From contig JBNJNM010000021.1 of the NCBI GenBank assembly GCA_052426225.1, positions 2,108,001-2,172,000 of the forward strand: a stretch of 64,000 nt of DNA, given 5' to 3'. The notes under the pieces are model-generated. The model saw only the letters and a list, made by a program, of their open reading frames with translations. It did not search any database and was not told the DNA's origin. The DNA comes from Zancudomyces culisetae HAW-14-8. Lineage: Eukaryota > Fungi > Kickxellomycota. Made by a program: the position numbers and the translations under genes. Each line of letters opens with the position of its first letter. Position 1 is the stretch's first letter. Shown piece after piece: positions 48,601 to 59,915 of the stretch.

Positions 48601-49075
48601 GTGATTCATTTCTTTCTGAAAATAAACCGCTAATATCAATATCCAGGTGCTCGCCCTCGTTCATAAATAATGTGCCCTTGTGCACAACCGCTGAAGTATT
48701 TCTATCGATTACAACATACATTTTGAGCAATTTGTTTAGTATGTTTGTCCATCTGTATTCGAATGCTATATCTAGAGCGGTTTCATAGTCCAAACCCTTG
48801 ATTTTTCTAAATACAAGTATTCCAACGATTTCATTCATGTTTATTCTGGTGTATTTCTCGAATATACTTCGTAACTCCGAATTAAAACTATGTTTTGTAA
48901 TGGATAAAATATATTGAAGTATGTACTTACAAACAGTGTCTACCTGCTGCGAGGCATAGTGCATGTTTTTGTTCAAGAGTGATAACTGGGGGTTTTGGGC
49001 AAGCACAAATACGGTGGACAGAATGCTTGCTGGAAGTTTGTTGAAAACATTGTGTTGGTTGTTTGTGTTATCCAT
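45656..49075 (-). CDS. Intronless N-terminal F-box-like plus multi-ankyrin-repeat protein (1139 aa)
   Basis: FNKLPASILSTVFVLAQNPQLSLLNK at the N-terminus. Many degenerate ankyrin units (e.g. ACRNNNLEFLKLLFENGV, EAIKHKNVEIIKLLIKHGID). Confidence 0.88.
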   Translation of the reverse strand: MDNTNNQHNVFNKLPASILSTVFVLAQNPQLSLLNKNMHYASQQVDTVCKYILQYILSITKHSFNSELRSIFEKYTRINMNEIVGILVFRKIKGLDYETALDIAFEYRWTNILNKLLKMYVVIDRNTSAVVHKGTLFMNEGEHLDIDISGLFSERNESRREENDIDISESLYVRPLFRVRGNSMDLEYQILDISEERDVKMLLDICNTRFEFFPEICGSFERDIICVGKEFLLYCLFTAGEVIVDLDNLELLKQLLDVKINTNFSFQDLQSITNSYGDSYDTEFNNFVMDYGNADKMDLLVYMICTFHSIHWNEKELIKFLKDSYTGSRYSQIFFDAAVYNRYDSLVQEYVFKVELNPGNIRKLTEMAYRRGVVGIVKLLLINSDKLKGDLDENALKTAIKTKNYELVQEIISKYPNTMNVSCLGKAIEIGDTRIIKQLIEGGVNLKSLEYKEVRITYGYSYLYNLRSWGGYNDLDESEVQHIIGKLCSIKNYDIAKRLLEISNLSDEKTKSKTSESLAKTGTRLRFSKTIICLIKACQDFRCQFVHNGVDFDISFKYLDLFENVIAIVNSRRKKTFEIIYSYFEKLFSYNHMVEERKSCYEELLEIIRYIIENNLQNPFEYTEHDEINEFGYKVNIEVLNDRHYELAKSELVNRNFEILKLLIEYGVDINTKNSLILRTAYKAGDIGWIDYFIGKGAKLNGESDGFEEACKSDKVEVLEHWIKNGGVVPNNPKYECINVACILGNFDMIKWLVENGVDLSNPELNGVRVACRLGLKRTLKYLLDNNAEAGNICRYQLDYARLTEDIEMIKMILEYYVGLGVLEKKDNTNTKEGELQHYSPLSHNNSGCFDEYKITKILLEKGMSMDNSDLLYGIKAAITVSNIELLNLLLTYKINPNHHSKIMEFAVQLENVEAVKLLLESGISVEGNTSILDIALESKNAEMFRLLLENGAKVESGSHKLYYYFDLDDIETIQLMLNYCPEIGGFSRLLESAIEKNKLEAAKLLLKDTTTLENNELDFVYYACRNNNLEFLKLLFENGVKIKRGSGSGVVWACTNNNLEMLKLLLERNPNLVLKKEYGLKEAIKHKNVEIIKLLIKHGIDTSRHIELIIKVANELDDQELVEFCQYTVGGFKKAKQS

Positions 49076-49843
49076 TCTGTTATAGGTTGGATGATTGCTG
49101 CCGCCTTTATAGCTTTGTTTGGCGTTAGAGTATTAAAGTAAAGAATAAAGATTAATAAACTCGAAAGGCATAATGTGGTTGTTTTATACTTTTTTACTGG
49201 TTTTTTGTATTTATATATTTCATTTTTTGAATAAATATGTTGTAATTTGCTGCGTAATTTGAAAAAATCAAGTCTTTATATTATTGGATGTTGTTCAGTT
49301 TAAAACATGAAGCCAGAAAATTGGATTATTATAAGTCCAATAATTTATGCTTGTTTAAGAGTTTCAAGATGTAAATATTAACATTCAAAAAAGAATTAGG
49401 TTCAATATCCATCTAACCAACTAGTCTGTGTCCTTCTACGAACTCCTTACATACAAGGTGTTGGTCAAAGGATAAAAAACATTTTATTGTAAGTAACGAA
49501 GTGATGGATCGATCGGTATGGGCCGTGTGTAAGCTGTTTAAATCAGAAGTGCAGCCACCTGCATAACTTTTCTCAATTAGAAAATACTGCATCTGATTTT
49601 GCTCGCTCTAATTATCACCGACTACCACTATCAACCAGCTACCCATTTTACGTCCAAACAATATCAATATGGCGAAATACAAAACATCTTATTTGTGAGT
49701 GAAAAGTGATTCATTTTTGGATTTTATTAACACATAAATTACAGATATATGTTACTTATAATTTATAGTGTCACGAACTAAACTCATTCATAGGAATAAA
49801 TTAATTGTATATCAATAAATTGGCTAAAAAAGTAATAAAAAAT

Positions 49844-50902
49844 CTAAAACAGTAAAACCAATACCAATGATAAGAGCATCACCAATTTGAATCCGGTATT
49901 TTTCAAGATAGTCGAGGCAGAAGGTGCATAATCATAACGTCCCGATAAATTGGTAATCGTTGAGTAGTCAGGAGAGGGCCGAGCGGTTGTATTTAATAAG
50001 TACGACTTTTCAAGTCCTGTGACACTTACAATCCAGTCAATGTAGCTGTATACATGGGTATAATAATTCGTCACAGCACTTTCTGGACGAATATCAGCAC
50101 CACTCTCAGATCTACCTATGTTACTCGCAACACCAACAAGTAAATTAGCTCCATTATTCATGTACGCCAAGGGGTTTCCTCCATCTTCATATGCCGAACT
50201 TTTGCCATCCTTTACTAGTGTACAGATGAGGTTTTTGTTGTTATCAGACCAGTTGGGGTTGAAATTTTTACAAACACTTGAAGAAGAGGGTGATTGTATA
50301 GCTGTATTTAGTTTATCATTTGGTAAACCTGATATCCCAGTCGAAGTGAGACCCCAACCCGCTGTGACCAAATCCATATCATCCGTTACATTTCCACTGT
50401 AGATCGCTACTGGTGTGAACATATCTTTTAATACTGGAGAATTCAATTCCATAATTGCTATGTCACTTTTTAATGACTCGGGAGAAAACTCAGGATGATA
50501 ATATACTTTACGTGCTGAATATGCAGTACCGCGAGTGTATTTTGTTGTTTCAATATCAATGGAAATATATATTTGCTTAGAATCTTGCACTAATTTGCCT
50601 TGATTGTCTAAGAAGCAACTAGCTGCAGTTACTGCTATTTTGTTAGATAATAGTGAAATACTACATTTTAATGAAGATCTTTCCATGTACACGTCCATTC
50701 TTCCAATATATGGAAAATCTTCTCTCTTTGCTGGTTCCCCATTTAGGATTCTCGCATTGTTAATACGATTATTCACTCCGTTCTGTGATATGCCAGTATT
50801 TGTGTCTACATTTTCAACTGAGGAACCGTGTACAGCTGCAATACCCCCAAGCGATAGTGCTGTGAGGATATGTTTACAAAGTGATTTGTTGTTCAATTTC
50901 AT
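49844..50902 (-). CDS. Trypsin-like (S1) serine protease homolog, probably non-catalytic, secreted with a GPI-type tail
   Basis: Signal peptide; R|ILNG activation site; TAASC in place of TAAHC; SDIAI; AGWG; YEDGGNP in place of GDSGGP; YYTHVYSYIDWI; hydrophobic C-terminus. Confidence 0.88.
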   Translation of the reverse strand: MKLNNKSLCKHILTALSLGGIAAVHGSSVENVDTNTGISQNGVNNRINNARILNGEPAKREDFPYIGRMDVYMERSSLKCSISLLSNKIAVTAASCFLDNQGKLVQDSKQIYISIDIETTKYTRGTAYSARKVYYHPEFSPESLKSDIAIMELNSPVLKDMFTPVAIYSGNVTDDMDLVTAGWGLTSTGISGLPNDKLNTAIQSPSSSSVCKNFNPNWSDNNKNLICTLVKDGKSSAYEDGGNPLAYMNNGANLLVGVASNIGRSESGADIRPESAVTNYYTHVYSYIDWIVSVTGLEKSYLLNTTARPSPDYSTITNLSGRYDYAPSASTILKNTGFKLVMLLSLVLVLLF

Positions 50903-52102
50903 TGTTATTGTTATTATTATATATTAGCCTTGTGTTTGTCGATTGTTAAAAGGAGTTAAGAATAAGTGTAATTAGACATTTTAATGATGGAGCTGCTCTG
51001 TTTATATAGTATTTCCTACATAATCATGAATCAATTCCACCTATAATTCACCGCTGATTAAAAATGGAAAAGAGTAAAACTTGATGAAACCATAAACACT
51101 GTTGAATATTGTATTTACCATCTTTGTTTCATTTATCAGCATTATTGGAATGTATTTTTCTTTGAAAATTCAAGCAATCAAATCTCAATTCCAAGAAATA
51201 TTTGGTGTAGATTGTAGAATATCCATCTTTGTAGATTATTTGCAAGTAATTTACGTAAATTATAAGTGAATATTTGTTGGCAAAATAAACAACCTGACCA
51301 ATAGATATGCCAAGTGAAGGGAAAATGCATCTTGAGAATCATCAAAACCGAAAGCCATATAATATTCATTTCTTAGAGCAAATAAAAACCAAACAAAACG
51401 AATAGATCTACTGAATAGTGCATTGGAAATTTTTAGGCCTTTCATGGTTGGTAGTTGTATAAGATGAGCTGTTTTTTTTATGGTTTGGTTTTATCTGCCA
51501 AGAGCACATCTCAGTCAGGTGGTATGATATGTGCCACACACTCCAGCACAAGTATGGTATTCAATTAATACAACATGCTTGGTCGATGCTTGTACCAGCA
51601 CAAGTAATTAAGGATATTGAAAAGGATGGCTAGTGTTATTATGTCAATGAGCAGTCCGATTTTGGTACACGTAGTACTTTCTGTACTTAGAAGGTTAATC
51701 TATATTTTTTGCTAGATGGATTTATCAAATAAATACCACAATAGACTAATAATAAAAATAATCCTACATAATATGAATCTACACCCACCAGGTGTTAGTT
51801 CAAGGTATTTATCCAGTCTTGACAGTATTATTTCCAAGGAGTCTACCTACAAAAAAAAATTCTGTCATACTTCAACTCCTGTATTTAAAACATCTGAAAT
51901 TCGTTCCAAGAACAATTACCGCGGTACTACCCATCCTATGCAGACCAGAAAAATATGTTCAAAGGTTTTTTTTGTTCTTAAAAGCCACCATTTATTTATT
52001 AAAATGCATAAGATGCCTTTTTTCACATTAAACTACCTCCTTTGAATCGCAAGTATATTTGTTGAAATAGTTCATATACGCCAATTTTATTAATTCTTGA
52101 TT

Positions 52103-53028
52103 TCAACTTCCCATATTCTGAATAAACTCGAACAATTTGAGATAATTTAGGTCGTTCGCAACTTTCATTATTTATTCCCTGTGCGCACCTGGATCAGCAT
52201 CATACTCTATCAACAGGTTGATAATCTCCACAATCTTATTTTTGGCAGCCTCTTTAAGCTCACACCTCCAATTTAGCACCAAATTCGGATTTTTTTTTCA
52301 ACAAAAGCTTCAACATTTCCAGATTATCATCCTTGCTTCTTTTTCAAATAAACATCTTTGAATATTTGGGTTATTGGTACTACATGTCAGGAGAACAAAA
52401 TATACCAGCTATTACTTAAGGAAACGACATCCTTCAAAAGCAATTTATCTGCCTCTAATTTGCTTTTCCAAATGGCAGATGCAAGTAAGTAGGATACACC
52501 ACCAATCTCTGGGCAACAAGCTAGAACTAACTGTAATATTTCAATATAGTCTAGATTTAAATATTCTCTAAGCTTGATTTTATATTTATCAGCTTTTGCA
52601 CCATGTGTCAATAATGGTCTGATTATCATCAACACTTTTTGTTCTGAGTACTAAATTTATAATATCCGAGTTGTTCTTAGCATTTAGACCATTTTCCAAA
52701 AGCATCTCCACTATTTCTATGTATTAAATTTGCACACCATAACTTGGTATTTAAGAATCACCATTGAGATCGATGTTACAAGTTAATAGTAATCTCAATG
52801 CTTCAATATTGGCTGCTGCAACTACTGCCTTTATCCCATCCCACCAGATCGCTATTCTGGGTGGGTTTACCCCTTTCAAACAGGGTTTTAAAAACTCTGA
52901 ACTCTTGAAAACTAACAGAGTTTTTATGACCCACTGAAGAAGCATTCTTCTTTCATCTTGATTAGTATTTGCATCGTCGTCCCTTTTTTCGAGCACTCCT
53001 ATACCATCATAATACTTGAGAATACATT
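52103..53028 (-). pseudogene. Frameshifted remnant of the C-terminal ankyrin region of the 53029-55455 gene
   Basis: Fragments in different frames (GIKAVVAAANIEALRLLL; CPEIGGVSYLLASAIWKSKLEADKLLLKD; KVANDL) are colinear with the end of the 1139-aa paralog. Confidence 0.85.
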
Positions 53029-55455
53029 TTATCGTCCAAAAATTCCTACCAGTACACGCACTTCTAACTGATTTTGACGAACGCCTTTTATCGCAGCATT
53101 GTTATCCAAAAGATATTTCAGAATCCTCTTGAGACCCAACCTAAATGCGACTCTGACTCCATTACGCTCTGGGTCACTTAAATCAACTCCATTCTCTACC
53201 AATGCTTTAACCATACCAAAGTTACTCAATAAACATGCTCTGTTAATGCAGGAACGTTTTGGAATCTTTGGTACCACACCACCATTCTTTATCCAGTATT
53301 TCAACACATCAACCTTATCTGATTTACAAGCCTCCTCAAACCCATCCGATCTTCCACTAAATTTCGCACCTTTACTGATAAAGTAATTTATCCAATCAAT
53401 ATCACCTGCTTCGTATGCTGTTTTCAAAATTAGACTATCAGCTGAATTGACATCCATTCCACACTCTATCAATAGTTTAAGAAATTCAAAGTTTCGGTTC
53501 ACCAATTCTAATTTTACTATCTCATAGTGTCTATCATTCAACATTTCAATATCATTTTCGTGTTCCAACTCATTAGATTCATCGTATTCTGTATCATTGA
53601 ATACGCTTTGCGGATTATTTTCAATGATATAACCTATAATTTCAACAACTTTATAAAAACGGGCTCTTATATCATCTTCTGGTATTATGAGAGCGGAATA
53701 TACCGATAAATACGACAAAATAAAACCAATGATATCTTTTCTTTTTGAGTTTATCTCTACCATTATATCCAAATATAAATTCAATTGTTCGAAAAAGTCC
53801 TCGAATCCCACATATCTACTTGCATAGGGGTCGCAATCACGCAGAGATGCCCAAACGAGGCATAGAATTGTTTTGTTGAATTTGGGTCTCTTTACAGCCT
53901 TGGTCTTGCTTCCTACAGTTTTGGTTTCAATTCTATTTTTCCACATATCTGAAAACTCAAGTAGTCGCTCCGATATTTCATAATTACAAACATAACATAA
54001 CCCTTCAATGGTCTCTTGTGCGCTTGAGTTAACAGAGGTACCATTTTCCAAGAGCAACTGTAGCATATTCATATCTCTATTTCTGCTAGCAAATACAATT
54101 CCCTTGAACTCTGGTGATTTTAAATCTACTCCAGCTTCGATACCCGATTTGCACAGGTTAATATTACCCAGGCGTACTAGATCGTGTAAAATAGCAATAC
54201 TCACCGCATTTGGATGCTTTTTGATAGTTTTTTGTGCCAATCGATAATTTTTTTTCTTTATAGTGATTCTCAGTGCATTCTCATCTAGGTCCCCTTTCAG
54301 TTTATCATTGTTCTCTACCAAAAGTCTAATAAGTTCGATACTATCCAGTCTATATGCTAATTCTGTTATTTTTCTGATATTTTCCGAGTTCAACTCCACA
54401 TCGAGCATATATCTTTTTACTAAACTTCCCTTTTTGTGGTGTATAGCTGCATCGAATAGTATCTGTTTGTAGGTGCTATTGGAGTAATTATCCTCAAGGT
54501 ATTTTATCAGTTTTTCCTTTTCCCAATAAATCGAAAAGTATGAGCATGCAATATAGACCAAAAAATCCATTTTAGTTGTGTATCCATATTCATCAATAAA
54601 ATTAACAAGTCTCCAAAATGTGTCAGCGTAAAACTCATTTTTAATCCGTTCCAGTCTCCGAAAAGAAATAGATGCATTGGTTTTCAAATCCAAAATCCGT
54701 TTTAACTGCTCAAGGTTACCCAATTTGCAGATTTTATCTGTGCACTCCAATATGCAAAATACCATAAATACGCTATCAATAAATTTAGCCTCCCTCATAA
54801 CAGTACTGTATAATTCTTGAGGAAGCTCAATATTGCTACAGCAAAGGTCTACCAAGGCCTTCACATTCTCTTTATCAAAATCTTGATCTGAGTAGTGTAA
54901 GTGTAGCCATAATTCCTTCAGTGTCGCTACTAGTGGCCTTATATAAAGAGATTCAGATATCTTGATGTCTGTCAAATTTCTTCGAAATTCGTTTTTTCCT
55001 GAGAATAAACTTCTAAATTCAATGTCGAGGTACTCTCCTTCTTCTGTGAATAAATTACCCTTATGTACAACCGTTGAAGTACTCCTGTCAATCACCACAT
55101 ACATTTTGAGTAGTTTATTCAGTATGTTTCTCCACTTGTACTTGACTGCCAATTCTAGAGCAATTCCATAGTTCAAGTTCTTGATTTTACTCAGAACTAG
55201 CATTCCAACGGTTTCATTCGCACTAATTCTGGTGTATTTATCGAATATACTTTTTAAATTCGATTCAGGGCTGTCTTTTTTATTTGACAAGACATATTGT
55301 AGTATGTACTCAACAACAGTTTTCACTTTTTGAGAGACTTTGTACATATCTTTGTTCAAGAGTGATAGTTGAGGGTTTTGAGCAAATGCGAATATAGTCG
55401 ACAAGATACTTGCTGGAAGTTTGTTGAATACATCGTCGTTATTGTTGTTATTCAT
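53029..55455 (-). CDS. F-box-like/ankyrin paralog, truncated at 808 aa
   Basis: Colinear with 45656-49075 (FNKLPASILSTIFAFAQNPQLSLLNK; GFEEACKSDKVDVLKYWIKNGGVVP), then shifts frame after NQLE. Confidence 0.8.
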   Translation of the reverse strand: MNNNNNDDVFNKLPASILSTIFAFAQNPQLSLLNKDMYKVSQKVKTVVEYILQYVLSNKKDSPESNLKSIFDKYTRISANETVGMLVLSKIKNLNYGIALELAVKYKWRNILNKLLKMYVVIDRSTSTVVHKGNLFTEEGEYLDIEFRSLFSGKNEFRRNLTDIKISESLYIRPLVATLKELWLHLHYSDQDFDKENVKALVDLCCSNIELPQELYSTVMREAKFIDSVFMVFCILECTDKICKLGNLEQLKRILDLKTNASISFRRLERIKNEFYADTFWRLVNFIDEYGYTTKMDFLVYIACSYFSIYWEKEKLIKYLEDNYSNSTYKQILFDAAIHHKKGSLVKRYMLDVELNSENIRKITELAYRLDSIELIRLLVENNDKLKGDLDENALRITIKKKNYRLAQKTIKKHPNAVSIAILHDLVRLGNINLCKSGIEAGVDLKSPEFKGIVFASRNRDMNMLQLLLENGTSVNSSAQETIEGLCYVCNYEISERLLEFSDMWKNRIETKTVGSKTKAVKRPKFNKTILCLVWASLRDCDPYASRYVGFEDFFEQLNLYLDIMVEINSKRKDIIGFILSYLSVYSALIIPEDDIRARFYKVVEIIGYIIENNPQSVFNDTEYDESNELEHENDIEMLNDRHYEIVKLELVNRNFEFLKLLIECGMDVNSADSLILKTAYEAGDIDWINYFISKGAKFSGRSDGFEEACKSDKVDVLKYWIKNGGVVPKIPKRSCINRACLLSNFGMVKALVENGVDLSDPERNGVRVAFRLGLKRILKYLLDNNAAIKGVRQNQLEVRVLVGIFGR

Positions 55456-58254
55456 TCTTTCATAATTCGAGTTGTTCTTATTTTCTTTCCTTTAAAGTTT
55501 AATTAGTTTGCTAGTGGATTAAAGTAAAGAGGAAAGAAGAATAAACTCCGAATGATAGAATCAAATTGGTTTTATACTATTTTTTCTTCATTTTTTTGAT
55601 TTATTTACCTAATCATTGAGTATTATTCAAGTTTTCATTCGCTTCCATTTGATAAATTCAACAAAATTATTTGTTTATTTTATTGCACATAATTACCAAA
55701 TAAATGCAATATATAACCATTGATAATTCAGATTATTGGGTATTACTGTTAGATTTACATCAAACCAGAATGCTGGACTATTTTCAAGACAATAATTTAT
55801 TCACCTTTGAGATTTGTGGATGATTTGCTATTAGTCAAAAAAAAGTAATTAAAGTATATAAAGAGAGTTCAAATACATTTTAGTTCAACAACCAAGAAAT
55901 ACTCCAGTTGAGTACATATTTTAAAGTTATTGTACTTTTATCACTACCTAACTGAATACAAATTAACTAAAAGATTACCAAAAAAAATGACAAACTTGAG
56001 AATAAGCAATCTGCCTGTTAATGTCATACCTGGAATATAATTATTACTCACAGATCTCACGAGATAATTCGGTAGGCAGGTGTATATAACGGACTTCACA
56101 CAATCACAGTAACATCCGTTATTATTTATTGAAATATACTAGAACCACTTAAGTACTTTTATTTTACGCCAAGTTGTATAATCAGTTGAATAATATTCAT
56201 TTCTTCGATTAAACAAAGCGGTTGTTGCACTGGTACTAAAGAGAATAAAAGAAGGATATAAGAGAGTATTGAAGTTCAAATAGGATATGGTTGGAGAGGT
56301 ATATTAATTTTGATGAAATTGGTGATAATAAATATCCAAAAACTGGTTTGTTAAAGATGCTGAAGTGTTGAATTAGATATAAACTACTTTATACTCAGTA
56401 AAATAAAACTTGTGATTCTTGGATATACAGAATACAATATAATGAGAAAATGATGGCAGTGGGTAGTTTCAACTACTATCTCACATCAAACATAATGTGG
56501 AAAGTTAAATTATATGTTTTTAGATGTCAGTTCAAAACGACCTACTTAACCAAAGCAAATGATCGATAAAAAACAATGACTGGAAATTATAATGACACCT
56601 TTTATGAACAATATTTCTTACAGCAGTTTTATACAATTCACTAAATGACAGGTTTTTTAATAAGTATTTTGAAGCTTATAATGACTAAAAGTAGCAGATG
56701 GATGGAAGATACATATAAAAATCTTTTTGTTTTTCTAAAAAATAAACCCTACTTTTAAAAACACAGTACTATACAAAATAATAATCACTAGAATAGACTA
56801 CGTAAACACATACCGATGAGGGTTGATTACGGAATGTGCTAGATCGGTTGTCATAAAATTCAATGGTATATTAGTTTTCATTATACATTAAAACTTTAAA
56901 AAACACTCTTATTAATATTTTCTCGAGTACCCAAATTTTAATACGGGACGCAAGGTATTATTCAAATTAATATTAAAGTAAAGGAGTGGGAAAACAAAAG
57001 TTATTATCACTATAACAATCAGAGCTCGATCGCTAAAAACGACAACTATTCTGATCATGAAAAGTAACAAAAGCCAATATTAATAAGTAATTATGGAAAA
57101 CCAGATAAAAGTGGTTTCTATTCATTAATTATAAAAAGTTTAAATAAGTACAAAATGAACTATGGGAAATGAAAGGAAGAATGAAGCAATCTAACAGTAC
57201 AGAAAACCAAATGGATATAGTAGAACGATTAAATATAGTTATTTATAGCAATTTTAAATTAAGATAAGATATATAAAGCCAAACGAAGACTAGTTAGAGG
57301 ATTCACTAGCTCTTTTAATAGTTTTGTTAGAGAAAGAAGATTAAAATAAGTAAATATTAATTATGAACTGAAGTTCAGGTTTGAAATAATGCTACGGCTA
57401 GTTAATAAATATTAAGTGTAAAGACAAAAACAAAAACTGTTAAAATCTCATAGCAAACATGTCAGGCTTCATTAATAAACTAAGAACCGCATTTATCCAG
57501 ACAGCTAGAGATGAGGTATGATACTCATCTGGTAGCGATACATTTGCCGGTATCATAGATCATGCTTTTTTACAAATGAAAGAACCCGACATAAAATGGG
57601 GTTATGCCGAATCCCATTCAACAGTGGATACCTGTTTAAAAAAAGATATATTCAGAACATTTTAACTTTATATTTGGGTTTTAGGTATAAGGTTATCTTT
57701 GACTAGTTCAGAAATATCATTACTGGGATATGGCTTTTTTGAAATATTCAATACAGGTTATAAGATTTAAACTCCTTATGAAAAATCAATTTAGTTTTTA
57801 TTAGATGAAATCCTACTTGTATCGACATTAAAATTCTTCACAGTTTATAGAATGTGATTGAATAATATGATATTCAGATGCAATAATAATTCACCATATT
57901 CTCATCCATACCTTGTTCAAAAGATGGTAAAGAGTGAACAGTAAATAAGAAGTATTAGTTTATTTAGTTGATTTTATTTTGTGTAAGATCTATATGCAGA
58001 GATAGTTTAGGCTCATTAATATAGACTTGGATTATTATTTAGCTTCGCTTTAATAAATTAACAGATATAAACAAAGATTTGATCTGAATAAGTGCAAATA
58101 ATAGTTTTATTAACGGCTAAATTGCACCATAAAAAAGTTACAAAAAATCCTAAAGAAAATATATTTCAAAGAATGTAAACTGCTACATTATGCTTTTGTC
58201 CGTGCTTTGCAGATCCTCATTGCTAGTAGAAGCTTCTTCTGATCCTTTTCTTTG

Positions 58255-58860
58255 TCAGTTGCTGGGCTTCATAGAATATTTTAACCTTAATTCGTCTTGT
58301 TTTAACTTGATATCAAGTTTATAAATCTCCGAGTTAGCTTTTATCCTATTTTCCTCTATTTTTAGTCTCTTTTCAAAGACTAACTTATTAAATCTTTCGT
58401 ATTCTAGTTGCTTATTCTCATATTCGGTCTTTAACTGTTCTATCTTGAATCTCCTTACTTTTTCATTTTTTTCATTTTCGTGTTTAATCTTCTCAATCTC
58501 TGCCCTCCTTACTTTTTCTCTTTCTTGCATTTGGTGCTTTAACTTGCTGTATTCTGCATTTATTTCCTGTTCTCTATCCTTGCGGGCATCTTCTTTATCT
58601 TTTCGAGTTTTTTCATTATTCACCTGAATTTTATGTATCTTGTGTGCGTAATACGCATAAAGAATCACACACCAACATGAAGTTATACATGGAAGTATTT
58701 CCAATCCTACGTAACTATTCCAAAACGATTCAGTCATATTTTCAAAAATAAAATCTAAAAAAAGTATTAATTCAGGCTTTAAAGATATAAAGAAGATGAT
58801 GTTTGTTAGCTTCCTTATCGTGGTTGACGATGGTCTTTTTTTATCTGAACTGATTGTCAT
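58255..58860 (-). CDS. Orphan TM plus coiled-coil protein, paralog A (201 aa)
   Basis: Shares N-terminus KRPSSxTIxxLTNIIxxIxLxPELILxxDFxxExxTESF with 63227-63703; hydrophobic segment then E/K-rich coiled coil. Confidence 0.7.
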   Translation of the reverse strand: MTISSDKKRPSSTTIRKLTNIIFFISLKPELILFLDFIFENMTESFWNSYVGLEILPCITSCWCVILYAYYAHKIHKIQVNNEKTRKDKEDARKDREQEINAEYSKLKHQMQEREKVRRAEIEKIKHENEKNEKVRRFKIEQLKTEYENKQLEYERFNKLVFEKRLKIEENRIKANSEIYKLDIKLKQDELRLKYSMKPSN

Positions 58861-59915
58861 TTCAGTACTGGTGAAGTTTTTATTTCTGTTGTAGGTATAT
58901 TCTGTAGTTGATTTTCATTATAATAAATAGACTTGGAGTTTATAATGCAAAATATAATCTACTTTATTGTTTATACTCAAACTTCAATTATTTTAAAAAA
59001 AGGATAAAGCATTAGCTTGATATCAATAAATATTTCAATAAACTCTTTGTGAAATGAATAAGGAAATGTATTGTACCTGGTAGAAAAAAAGATGAAATAT
59101 GCTTTTGAAATGTGATACTCCAAAGGCAGTATAGTTATTTACATCGATTTTACTGTAGTGTTACGAATGCAGTATGAGTTTAGTATTAGTAAATTACTCA
59201 TCAAAGAAAGTTCCACTTTTTTCGTTAGTGTTGAAAGGAATGGAAAATAAAACTTGATAGTTGAATATTTTTTAACCAGCTGACTTACATTTGGTAAACC
59301 ATTATTCAGGTTGATGTAATTTAGTACTGAGTGCCAAGTACTACAATTCATTTTTCATTTTTTGAAAGAAATTAATAAAAGTCATTGAATATAGTTTTAA
59401 CTTAGTATAATGCCGTGGACTTGTTCTCTCAAATATAAACATTTAAGCAGTAAAAATCAAAGTGATTATGGGTGTTGAACTAAATAGCAAATACACCAAA
59501 TAATGCTATGAGTTGAATTTCATTATAACTAAAGACATAGAGCTGACTCCATGAATATAACGGATGAATGTAACTATCACTACTATGCATCCCGTTTGTT
59601 GTTCGCATTCTTGAATCATTTTTTTAGTTCAATGCAAAACCTCCGAAACTCCTAATAGTTCATATTCAACCTTCTGATTATTTCCTAATCAAATGCAAAT
59701 ATTTCATCACAACCACTAGATATATAATTGTTTGTTACACATTCATTAAAAAATACTCCATTAAACGCAAATCCAAAAAAAATAAAAAGAGAAAAAAAAT
59801 AGTTTGCATACTAGAACCAACTAAATTCTAAACAGAAAAGTTGGAATTAAAAAAGAAAAAGCAATCTAATAATTGCATCACTTCTACAATATATTTACGA
59901 AAGCGATCAATGAGG

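Noticed and set aside
56800-57350. Faint retroviral-integrase-like words (ISNYGKPD, QMDIVERLN) in stop-riddled AT-rich DNA
   Set aside because: Too degenerate to support. No LTRs or other pol domains seen; needs a translated HMM search.
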